The notes under the pieces are model-generated. The model was not told where the DNA came from. It saw only the letters and a list, made by a program, of their open reading frames with translations, and did not search any database. Below are positions 12,826 to 24,297 of a stretch of 64,000 nt of DNA, piece by piece. Origin of the DNA: Okamejei kenojei (Eukaryota); the NCBI GenBank assembly GCA_035221665.1, contig CM069165.1, positions 3,286,001-3,350,000 on the forward strand, given 5' to 3'. How positions within the stretch are numbered: the stretch's first letter is position 1; each line of letters begins with the position of its first letter. Position numbers and translations under genes: made by a program.

Positions 12826-14712
12826 AACATAGAAAACAGTGCAGAAGGAGGCCATTCGGCCCTTCATTGTGATTATGACTGATCATCCACAACCAGTAAC
12901 CTGTGCCTGCTTTCTCCCCATACCACTTGATTCTGCTATTACCTAGAACTCTATCTAACTCTTTTAAATTAATCCAGAGAATTGGCCTCTACGTCATTCT
13001 GTGGCAGAGATTTCCACAAATTCACAACTTTCTGGGTGTGAAACGTTTTTTCTCACCTCAGTCTGAAATGACCTCCCCTTTCTTCTGAGACTGTTGCCCC
13101 TGGTTCTGTACCCAACGAATATTGGAACATTTTTTTCCTGCATCTAGCTTGTCCAGTCCGTTTATAATTGTTTGTGTTTCTATAAGATCCACACTGATCC
13201 TTCTAAACCCTAGTGACTACAATCGTAGTCTTACCAATCTTTCCTCATATGACAGTCCCGCCATCCCGGGATTAATCTCGTGAAGATATGCTGCATTTCC
13301 ACAATAGCAAGGATGTCCTTCCTCAAATTAGGAGACCAAAACTGCACACAATACTGCAGATGTGGTCTCACCAGGGCCCTGTACATCCCGGCCTATGTGC
13401 TACATTTCAGGGGGGGGGGATTCCTGGGGATGTTTCAAGGGTGTTCTTGTAATTTTGTCCGGATTAAAAGAGGTGCCGGTCAACCAGTTGTCGGAAAATC
13501 GGTGGTGGACCTGTACCATAACTAAAAGTCCATTCTACGAAACCTACTATTAAATCATTTTCCCAGCTTACATTGTCTGAATGTTAGCTCTGTTAGGAAA
13601 ACAGAGATATGCTCAATACCTTGACTGATGATGAAGACCAAATTAGAAATAAGAATATTAAATGGGAGATTATGTTACAGTTGTTCCAGCCATTATTGAG
13701 GACAGATTTGGAGGATCATGTTCAGTTTTGGTCATCCTGTTATGGGAAAAATGTTGTTCCTTGAAAGTAGCATCACAGGTAGATAGGGATGTCAAGAAAA
13801 CTTTTGGCACATTGGACCATCCGTCAGAGTATTGAATGTTGAAGTTGAGAAGGCATGTTACAGTTGTATAAGATGTTGGTGAGGCCGCATTTGGAGTATT
13901 GTATTTAGTTTTATAATAAACTATAAATGGTGCAGAGAAGTTTTACGAGGAGCGCAGGAGGACAATAGACAATTTACAATAGGAGCAGGGGTAGGCAATT
14001 TGGCCCTTCGAGCCAGCACCGCCAATCAATGCGATTATGGCCGATCATCCCCAATCAGTACCTCCTTCCTGCCTTCACCCCATATCCCCTGACTCCGCTA
14101 TGTTTAAGAGCGCTATCTAGGTCTCCCTTGAAATCATCCAGATAACCTGTCTCCACCAGTGGCTGAGAATTCCACAGACTCACCACTTTCTTTGAGAAAA
14201 AAGTGTTTCCTCGACTACGTTCTAAATGGCTTACTCCTTATTATTAAACGGTGGCCCCTGGTTCTGGACACCCACAACATCGGGAACATGTTTCTTCCTT
14301 CTAGCGTGTCCAAGCCCTTAAAAATCTTATATGTTTCAATGAGATCCCCTCTCATCCTTCTAAACTCCAGGGTGTACAGGCCCAGCTGCTCCATTCCCTC
14401 AGCATTTGGCAGCCCCACTAATCCGGGAATTAACCTTGTAAACCTACGCTGCACTCCATCAATAGCAAGAATACCCTTCCTCAAATTAGGGGACCAAAAC
14501 TGCAAGAATATCCTTCCTCAAATTAGGGGACCAAAACTGCACACAATGCTCAAGGTGTGGTTTCACTAGGGCTCTGTACAACTGTAGGTACAACTGTAGA
14601 AGGACCTCTTTGTTCCTGTATTCGATTCCTCTTGTTATAAAGGCCAACATGCCATTCGCTCTGATCACTGCCTGCTGTACCTGCATGCTTATACCTGCTG
14701 TACCTGCATGCA
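12826..14712 (-). mobile_element. CR1 3' fragments (12826-13385 and 13965-14712) flanking the psi-TM copy
   Basis: VQRRFTRLIPG...LGLYTLEFRRMRGDLIETYKI, and PHLEHCVQFWSP. Confidence 0.85.
13548..13589 (-). pseudogene. second, internally deleted and frameshifted copy of the TRBC TM exon in Cbeta intron 2
   Basis: cctaacag|AGCTAACATTCAGACAATGTAAGCTGGGAAAATG aligns to exon 3 cttaacag|AAGCCAAAACGCAGACAATGGAAGCTGGGAAACTA. It is followed by GTAGGT like the true donor. The upstream flank (13600-13900) matches the flank of the 23.4-kb copy. Confidence 0.75.
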
Positions 14713-15626
14713 GGAAGAGGATCATCTCCTAGAGGTAGATACATTCATCAGGGGTATGGAACATAGACACATAAAGCTGGAGTAACACAGCGGGGCAAGC
14801 TGCATCTCTGAATGGGTGATGTTTCGGGTTGAGAAACGTCACCTATTCCTTTTCTCCAGAGATGCTGCCTGACCCGCTGAGTAACTCCAGCTTTTTATGT
14901 ATATCTTTGGTTTAAAATAGCATCTGCAGTTCGAGGGGAATTCCACTTACACATTAGGGGAATAGATCGGGTGATCGAGAACCAAAGGACATAGGTTATA
15001 TAACAGCTGTGCAAGACATATATAGGTAAGGCCACATTTGGAGGTTTGCGTTCAGGTTTGGTCAGCCTATTTATGAGAAAAGTGTTATTAATCTGGAAAG
15101 GATGCAGCAAAGATCTACAAGGATGTTGCCAGGACTCGAAGCCTGATTTTATTCCTTGGAGCGCAGGAGGATGGTCTTATAGAGAGGTAGAAATATCGCT
15201 AGAGGAAGAGTTCTGGTAAAAGCAGAGTCTCTTGCCCAGACCAGGGGGATCGAGTACCAGAGGACATCGGTTTATGTTGAGGTGGGGGGACAGCTTTAAT
15301 AGGAACCTGAGGGGTAACATTCCACACGTGGGCTGGTGGGTACCTGGAACAATCGGCCAGGGGAGGTAGTTGAGGCAGGTACTATCACACATTTTAAGTA
15401 ACAGTTAGACAGGCACATGGATAGGAATGGTTTACAGGGATTAGGGTCAAGCGTGGGCAGGGGGGCGTGATATACATGGGGCATGTTGGTTGGTGTCGCA
15501 AGTTAGGCGGAAGTGCATTTTGCACTCTGCATGACTCTGCGATATTCACACGCTTTAACGCTGACACACAAAGTGTAAACAGTCTTGAAATAATAACCGA
15601 ATCCTTATTTAAGTAAAACCGCTCAC

Positions 15627-15647
15627 CTTTATTTAAGCCACAAGTCT
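15627..15647 (-). CDS. TRBC: TCR beta constant exon 2 (connecting peptide with interchain Cys)
   Basis: 21-nt exon tttcttctttcag|AGACTTGTGGCTTAAATAAAG|gtgagc encodes (E)TCGLNK, phase 1/1, matching the short CG-containing hinge exon of TCRbeta. Confidence 0.93.
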
Positions 15648-15774
15648 CTGAAAGAAGAAATATGAAAAATGTGGTCAGTAGTATATTATTTACATATTTA
15701 AGGCATAAAAAATGCAGAGAGTTGTGGATGTATCCCAATCCTCCACACAGATCAGACTCCCACCAGCCGGGAAA

Positions 15775-16232
15775 GGGTTGCACAGTGGTGCAGCGGTAGA
15801 GCTGCTGCCGTGCAGCGTCGATTTGCCTATGGGTGCTGTCTGCGCGTAGTTTGCAAGTTCTTCCAGTGACGCCGCTGGTCCAGTTTCCTCCCATATTCCA
15901 AAGATGTGCGGATGTATAGGTTAATTAGATCCTAAACAACTGTCCCTAGTGTAGGATAGAACTTACGATTGTTGTTTGTCGTGGACTCAGTGGACCGCAG
16001 GGGCTGTTTCCCCGCTGTATCATGAAACTAAACTAAACTAAACTAAACTAAAGTAAGCTAGTGTACAGATGATCGTTAGTCGGCATGGACTCGGTGGGCT
16101 GAATGAACTTGTTTCCATGCTGTATCACTAAATTAAACTAAACTAGCATATGGGTGAGGTGATTGTTGGTCACCGTGGAATCGATGTGCCAAAGGGCCTG
16201 TTTCGATGCTGTATCTCTAAACTATAACTAAG
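15775..16232 (+). mobile_element. tRNA-derived SINE with triplicated 3' end and (TAAAC)n tail
   Basis: Head cacagtggtgcagcggtagagctgctgcc, body gggtgctgtctg..gtagtttg, tail gggcctgtttc..gctgtatc.ctaaactaaac. Other copies at about 31195-31580 (minus) and 40225-40548 (plus). Confidence 0.8.
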
Positions 16233-16244
16233 TTTCAATAAGGT

Positions 16245-17967
16245 CCAAGATAAATGTAGAATTAGCGTTACCTAATTTGATATGTTATTTTTGGCCGGTT
16301 CTGATTAAAAATATGAATTTTTGGCTGGTAAAAATGGATCAGGAACCAGCTTGGCTGAAGATGGAAATGGAAGATTGTTTACCGTTTGATATAAGTTCGA
16401 TTCTTCCTGCGTCAAGTTAAGTACAAACACAACTTCAATATGTAATTACTTCTAATAAAAATGTTTTACAAAAAACATATATTTTACAAAAGGAAACCCT
16501 ATAATTTATAGCAATATAAGTATTTGGAAACAAATAGTTAAGACATTACATTTGGATAAAGTGTCACTCTGTTTACCTATTATGAATAATGCTTTATTTA
16601 AACCTTCTATATTGTATAAGGGGTTTAGACACTGAAAGCATTTAGGAATTATAAGGATAGAACACCATTACAGGAAAGGAACATTTCTATCATTTAAAGA
16701 ATTAAAAGATATCTTTCGAATACACCCAAATAACTTGTTTAGGTATTTACAAATTAGAGACTATATCAAGTCAAACATGCAAGATTATATGAATAGAGAA
16801 CCAGGATTACTGGAAGAGTGGCTTTTCACGCATCCGAATACAGAAACATTAATAGCGTGCATATATAATACTCTTTTGGGTAGGGAAGTCCCAACAACAG
16901 AATCATACCGTCAGATATGGGAAAATGAAATAGGTCTATCTATAATGAAAGACGCTTGGGAAGAAATATTACAACGTATACGCCGATGCTCATTAAATGC
17001 CAAACATACTTTGGTAGAATTTAAAGTATTACATAGATTACACTACTCAAAAACTAAATTAAATAGAATTGTTCCTAACATTTCTTCTATTTGCGATAAA
17101 TGTCAGCATTACGAAGCTAACTTAACGCATAGTTTTGTAACATGCATTAAACTTAATATTTTAATTTTTAAGTTTTAAGTTTTAATTTTTAAGCTGATAT
17201 TTTTTGGAATCAATTTTGAAGTTATTAAAACTATATCGGATCCTGATCTAAAGCTAATAATATTAGCAGTGAGTGACTAAAGCTTAATATTAACAGTAAG
17301 TCAAAGAACGTTTCTTGATTACTGTTTGATAATTGGAAAAAAAATAATATTAACATTCTGGAAGGGAACATTATCCACCACAATCAAAATGTGGACTGTG
17401 GAAACGTCGGAGACGTTGCAATTGGAGAGATTTAGGGTTGTCCTAATGGACAAATATGAACCTTTTGAACACATATGGTCTCCATTCATTGATTATTTAA
17501 AGGGGTAGCTGAGCTCAGCACCGTAACTCAATAATAACCCTGGTGTAGGATTAGATGAAAAGTTGTATTCTGGGATCTGTATACACGTCTCTATAGATAT
17601 TGTTATGTGAAACTGTTCCATTCATTGTTAAGATGTATTCCTTATTTTTTATTTATTTTTCTATAGATATATATATTTATTATATAATAATTGTTTTTAT
17701 TTTTTTATTTGCTTATCTTTATTCTTTTTTATTTTTTATTCTTTCTTATATAATCATTATTATTTAATCACCACTTCTTGATTATCGATTTATACTTTTA
17801 TTTGTATTCCACTCCCTTTCCTTCCCAAAAAAAAACAAAAAACAGTAGCGTATATAAATTATTCCGTAACATCTGTACAACTTTGGTGACAAGTCTAATT
17901 TATATTTGAAGTACTGTTGTTGCTTAGATAATATGCAATGATACTAATAAAAATATATTTTTTAAAA
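16245..17967 (+). mobile_element. L1/Tx1-clade LINE 3' fragment (ORF2 C-terminal CCHC finger, T-rich 3'UTR, polyA signal)
   Basis: FRYLQIRDY...FKVLHRLHYSKTKL...CDKCQHYEANLTHSFVTC...WSPFIDYL*, with AATAAA near 17946. Confidence 0.88.
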
Positions 17968-18022
17968 GGTTCGATGAGGTCTACCCTCATCCAGCGAGTA
18001 CAGGCCCAATGCTGTCAGACAC

Positions 18023-18520
18023 TCATAGAAACATAGAAACATAGAAAATAGGTGCAGGAATAGGCCATTCGGCCCTTCGAGCCTGCACCGCCATTCAATA
18101 TGATCATGGCTGATCATCCAACTCCGTATCCTGTACCTGCCTTCTCTACATACCCCCTGATCCGATTAGCCACAATGTCCACATCTAACTCCCTCTTAAA
18201 TATAGCCACTGAACTAGCCTTAACTACCTTCTGTGGCAGAGAATTCCACAGATTCACCTCTCTCTGTGTGAAAGACTTTCTTCTCATCTCGGTCCTACAA
18301 GATTTCCCTCTTATCCTTAAACTGTGACCGCTTGTTCTGAACTTCCCCAACATGGGGAACAATCTTCCTGTATCTAGCCTGTCCAACCCCTTAAGAATTT
18401 GGTAAGTTTATATAAGATCCCCGCTCAATCTTCTAAATTCTAGCGAGTACAAGCCGAGTCTATCCTGTCTTTCTTCATAGGAAATTCCTGCCATCCCACG
18501 AATCAGTCTGGTTAACAGTC
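18023..18520 (-). mobile_element. 5'-truncated CR1 3' end
   Basis: (CATAGAAA)n tail and GHSLRIRG...VNLWNSLP. Confidence 0.9.
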
Positions 18521-19934
18521 TGAATCATACGTTAACCGAAACATTCCCTGGATCATTCTCATAAAGCACTTTTGTTTTGTTCTGTATGTTAGCCATCGTC
18601 TGCAGTTATAGTGTCATAGAGTCACAATCGTGGAATCAGGCGCTTTGGAGCAACTTGACCATGCCGACCAACATGCCCCATCTATTCTAGTCCCACCAGC
18701 CTGCATTTGGCCCATATGCTTGTAAGGCTCTCCTATCCATGAACGTGTCTAATGTTTCTGAGATGTTATGATAATACTTGCCTCAACTACCTCCTCTGGC
18801 AGCTCGTTTCATATCCCCGGCACCCTCTGTGTAATAAACGTTACCTTTCAGGTTCATATTATATCTTTCCTTAATTTCACCTAAACCTACAGTATGTCCT
18901 ATGGTCCCCGATTCCCCTACTCTGGGTAAAAGACTCAGTGCACTCACACATCATTTTCCTCTAGTGGCATTATACACCTCTATACAATCACCATTCATCC
19001 TCAGGCACTCCAAAGAATAAAGTCCTAGCCTACGCAACCTCTCCCTACATCTCATGCCTTCGAGTCCTGGAACAATCGTCATAAGAATAGAACATCATGA
19101 GAGGCATAGATCGGATAGGTCTGTAGTCTTTTGCCCAGAATAGTGGAATCGAGAACCAGAGGACATAGGTTTAAGGTGAAGGAGAAAAGATGTAATAGGA
19201 AACCGAGGGGTATTTTTTTTTCATACAGGGGATGGTGGGTATATGGAACTAGCTGTCAGAAGAGGTAGTTGAGGTATATACTATTGCAAAGTTGAAGATA
19301 CATTTAGACAGGTACATGAATAGAGGAGGATTAGAGGGATATGGGCCGAATGCACGCAGGTGGGACTAGTGTCGTTTGGACATGTTGGCTGGTGTGTTAA
19401 AGTTGGGGTGAAGGTCCTATGTCCACTATGACTGTCTACTATTCAGTAATGTTCGATATTCCATACATTCATGTTCATACGTTTTAGGAGCACAATTAGG
19501 ACATTCGGCCCATCTAGTGTACTCTGCCATTCAATAATGGCTGATCTATTTTTCCCTCTTGACCCCATTCTATTGCCTTCTCCCCATAACCACTGACACC
19601 CTTACTCAGCAAGAATCCACCAATCTTTGCCCTTAAATATCTAATGATTTGCACATCACAGCCTTCTGTGCCAATTAATTGCACAGATTCACCACCCTTT
19701 GTCCACAGAAATTCCTCCTCATCTCGTTTCTAAAATTACGTCCTTTTATTATGAGGCCGTGGACTCTGGTCATCAACTCTCCCACTAATGGAACCAACCA
19801 CCCCACATCCACCAATCCAGGTAGCACCTCGTCCTTCTAAACTCCAGTGCGCACAGGCCCAGAAGCCGCAAATTCCCCTGTACGTCATCCCAATCATCCC
19901 CGGGGTCATTCTCATACACCACTTTTAGTTACAT

Positions 19935-22900
19935 AAATACATAGAAAGGAGGTGCATGTGTAGCCTATTCAGCCCTTCGAGGCAACAGCGTCATTCAATT
20001 TGGTATGGCTGATCATCCACAATCTGTACCCAGTTCCTGCCTTCTCTCCATAACCCTTGACTCCGCCAGTTGTAAGAGCTCTATCTATCTCGCTTTTGAC
20101 CAGCGAATCGGCCTCCACTGCGTTCTGAGTAGTGAATTCCACAAATTCACAACTCTGTGTGTGAAAAAGTTTGTCCTCATCTCAGTTCCAACTGGCCTAC
20201 CACTTATTTTTAAACTTTGGCCCCTGGTTCTGGACTCCCCCAGCAGCAGGAACATGTTTCCTACATCTAGTGCGTCCAATCCATTAATACATTTATATGT
20301 GTATATAAGATCTCGCCTCATCCTACTGAATCCACTGATTACAAGCCCAGTCGCTCCATTATTTCGTAAGTTGACAGTTCCACCATTCTTCTGAACCTAC
20401 ACTGCACCTCCTCAATAGTAAGAATGTGCTGATTCAAAATACTAGATCCAAACTGCACACAATATTCTAGCTGTGATCTCACCTGTGCCCTTTACCTCTG
20501 CAGAATCACCTCTTTGCTCCTATATTCAACTCCTCTCGTTAGGAAGGTAAACATGCCATTAACTTTCTTTAATGCCTGATGTATCTGCATGCTTACTTCA
20601 GTGACAGATGTACTAGGGCACACAGGCCTCGTTGTCCTTCCCCTTTTCCAAAACAGACACCATTTAGGTAATAATATGCCCACCCGTTCTTGCCACCAAA
20701 GTAGCTAACCTCACATTTACCCACATAATACTGCAACGACCACGCATCTGCCCACTCACCCACCCTGACCAAGTCACCCTGCATCCCCATAGCAGCCTCT
20801 TCACACTTCACACGGCCACCCAGCTTTATGTCATCTGCAAATTGGCTAATGTTACTTTTAAATTCCTCATCGAAAACGTGAATGTATATTGTGATTAGCT
20901 GCAGTCCCAGCACTGAGCTTTGCGGCAGTAGTCACTGCCTGCCATTCTGAAAGGGACCCGTTAATCCTTACACTGTGTTTCCTGTCTGCAAACTAATTTG
21001 TTATCCATGTCAACGCTCTATCCCCAATACCATGTGCTCTAAATTTGCCCACTTATCTCCTGTGTGGGACCTTCTCAAAGATGTTCTGAAAGTCCAGGTA
21101 CACTAAATCCAGCGGCTCTCCCGTGTTTATTTTTCTTGTTACATCTTCAAAAAATTCCAGAAGATTTGTGAAGCATGATTGCTCCTTCGTAAATCCATGG
21201 TGACTTGGAACGATCCTGGTACGGCTATCCAAATGTGCTGCTATTACATCTTTGTTAATTAACCAGCATCTGCTCCACCATTGATGTCAGGCTAACCGGT
21301 CTATCATTTGTGATCTTTCGTGTTTTTACCGGCTTTTTCAGTTCTTGTTAATATTATCTGACAATGGCCAATAGGTGCAGGAGTAGGCCATTTGGCCCTT
21401 CGAGCCAGCACCGCCATTCACTGTGATCATGGCCGATCATCCACATTCAGTGCCCCGTTCCTGCCTTCTCACCATATCCGCTGACCTTATTATATTTAAC
21501 AACTCTATCTAACACTATCTTGAAAGCATCCAGAGCCTTCCACTGATTTCTGAGGTAGAGAATCCCATAGATCCACAACTCTCTGGGTGAAAACGTTTTT
21601 CCTCATCTCTGTTATAAAAGGCCTACCCCTTATTCTTCAGCTGGTTCTGGACTCCCTCAACACCGGGAACATGTTTCCTGCCTCTAGCGTGTGCAATCCC
21701 TTACACATCGTATGTGTTCCAATAGGATATCCTCTCATCCTTATACATTCCGGAGTATACATGCTCAGCCGCTCCATTCTATCAACATATGATAGACCTG
21801 CCATCCCGGGAATTAACCTCGTGAACCTACAATAGCAAGAATGTCCTTCCTCAAATTTTGAGACCAAAACTGCACACAATACTCCAGGTGTGGTCTCACT
21901 GGGGTCCTGTGCAGCTGCAGAAGGACGTATTTGCTCCTATACTCAACTCCTCGTGTTATGAAGGCCAACATACCATTAGCTTTCTTCACTGCCATATATC
22001 CACATTAAGCTACATCTGCCATACATCCATACACACTGCCACCCAGCTTTGTGCCATCTGCAAATTTGCTAATGTTACTTTGAATCCCTTCATCAAAATT
22101 ATTGATGTATATCGTAAATAGCTACACTACCAGCACCGAACATGCAATACACAACTTGTCACCGCTGTGTCAATCTGAAAGGGGCCCGTTAATCCCTGCA
22201 CTTTGTCTCCTGTCTGCCAACCAATGTTCTATCCATGTCAGTACCCTACCCCCAATACCTTGTTCTCTATTTCTGCCCACAAATCTTCTATATGGGACCA
22301 TATCAAATGTTTTCTGAAAGTCCACCGACACGACATCCTCTGGCTCTCCCTTGTACATGTTCGTAGTTACATCCTCAAGAAATTGCACAAGAATAGTCAA
22401 GCATGATGTCCCCTTCATAAATCCATGCTGACTCGGACCGATCCTGCTACCGCTATCTAAACGTGCCGCTATTTCATCATTTTATGATTGACCCCAGTAT
22501 CTTTCCCACCACCGATGTCAGGCTAACTGTTCTATAATTCATTGTTTTCTCTCTCTCGCCTTTCTTACATTAGCTACCCCCTAATCAACAGGAACTGATT
22601 CTGAATCTATAGAACATTGAAAAATGATCACCGATGTGTCCAGGATTTCTAGAGCCACTTCATTATTACCCTGGGATGCAGACCATCAGGCCCTGGGGGT
22701 TTAACAGCCTTCAGTCCCTTCAGTCTACCCAACGCCATGTTCTGCCTAATGTGATTTTCCTTCAGTTCTTCCATTACCCTAGATCCCCTGGCCACAAGAA
22801 CATCAGGAACATTGTTTGTATCTTCCTTCGTGAAGACCGATCCAAAGTACCTGTTCAATTCATGTGCCATTTCCTTGTTCCCTAAAATAAATTCACATGC

Positions 22901-22950
22901 TTCAGTTTTCAAGGGTCCAACTTTGGTCTTAACTTATGTTTCCTCTTCAC
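19935..22950 (-). mobile_element. two tandem degraded CR1 ORF2 3' portions (about 19935-21305 and 21370-22950)
   Basis: SQFADDIKLGG, RPHLEYCVQFWS, DFQKTFDMVP, LNRYFGSVFTKED. Confidence 0.87.
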
Positions 22951-23305
22951 TTACCTGCCTGCATGCGATCCATATCCCTGCATGTCTGCGCTTCCCTGTG
23001 CCTGTCTAACAGCCACTTAAACGTCACTGTCGCAGCTGCCTCCGTCATCTGCCCCGGCAATGTGCTACAGGCCCTCAAGGATAGGCTTATACACTCTATG
23101 ACCCGATGATTCCTGGATCTTTGAGTTTAATTATGTAGCTCCCTGAAAGCGGCAATACTAGTAGATATAGTGACAACGAAGACGAACAGTGTGCTTGCCT
23201 GCATCGGTCAAGAAATTGAGCAAATGTTTCGAATGTAAGGGGAAGATGTACCAGGTCCAAATCACCTTCCTAGCAAACTTTTCTACCTTATTTCAGACTA
23301 TAAAA

Positions 23306-23445
23306 TCATGGCCTTAATTCCACTAGACAAGGAGGGTTTGTTGTAGTTGTTTTACAAGCTAATACTGAAACAATTATTCCACAGAGGATAGTTTTGCAAA
23401 TGAGGTAAGTCAGCTTCGCAGCTTGCGTTGTTTGAAATTCAGCCT
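23306..23445 (-). other. duplicated TRBC transmembrane exon (open frame, own tail and stop) in Cbeta intron 1; alternative exon or pseudo-exon
   Basis: ctcataacag|AGGCTG... encodes (E)AEFQTTQAAKLTYLICKTILCGIIVSVLACKTTTTNPPCLVELRP*. It is clearly paralogous to exon 3, has the same acceptor phase, and lies 501 nt after the exon 1 donor. Confidence 0.8.
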
Positions 23446-23946
23446 CTGTTATGAGGACAGAATTATACTCAATACACTGACTGATGAAGATCAAGAAAAA
23501 AATAGAAATAGGAATAGAATTTGGGAGGACATGCTACAGATGTGCAGACATTGGTGAGGCCACATATGGAGTATTGTGTTCAGTTTTAGTCATCCTGTTT
23601 TGCGAAGTTCTTCAAGAGTGGCATCGAAGGAAGATGGGGGGGGGGGTGAAGAAAGCTTTTCGCACAATGTCCTTCATCAGCCAGAATATTGCGAATCAAC
23701 GTTGCGTGGTCATGCTACAGTTTCATAAGATATTGGTGAGGCCACATTTGTAGTATTGTGTTCAGTTTGGTCACCATGTTATCGGAAAGATTATGTTCCT
23801 TGAATGTGGGTTTGCAGGTAGATAGGGTGGTCAAGAAAGCTTTTGGTACATCGACCTACATTGTTACATCACCTGTCAGAGAACTGGGAACAGAAATTGG
23901 GAGGTCATGTTACAGTTGTACAAGATATTGGGGTTAGATACCTCAC

Positions 23947-24297
23947 CGTGTTTGATGTTGTGGGTGCCATGTTTTGTTTGTGGTGTAGATCCATTCTTGT
24001 AGTGGTCTACTTCACACATGACTTGTTTGGCCTTTGCGTAATCTCGGGCGTCCAATCTAATGCGACTACTGATACTGAAGGTTTTCCCTCCGTCATCGCT
24101 CTGGGAGCTAGGATCCATCTGGATGTTAGGACTATCTTTGGATTGTTGAAAGCCATCAATAAACCAACGTATCTTGATGCTGTCCGGGTAGAAATCAGTG
24201 ATTAGACAAACCACCGTGGCTTTGCCCTTGCTATTAATTTCTTGGTCAGACGGCTGGAGAATTGTAACTTCGGGAGATCGCAGCTCCAATTTTGGAT
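23947..24297 (-). CDS. TRBC: T-cell receptor beta constant region exon 1 (Ig C1 domain)
   Basis: Encodes (D)PKLELRSPEVTILQPSDQEINSKGKATVVCLITDFYPDSIKIRWFIDG...FSISSRIRL...MCEVDHYKNG...NIKH. It has the TCRbeta C hallmarks PS..EI..K.KATxVCL..FYPD.....W and SSR, plus both Ig cysteines. Acceptor ctctctttcag|AT at 24298 and donor G|GTGAGG at 23946; phase 1 at both ends. Confidence 0.97.
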
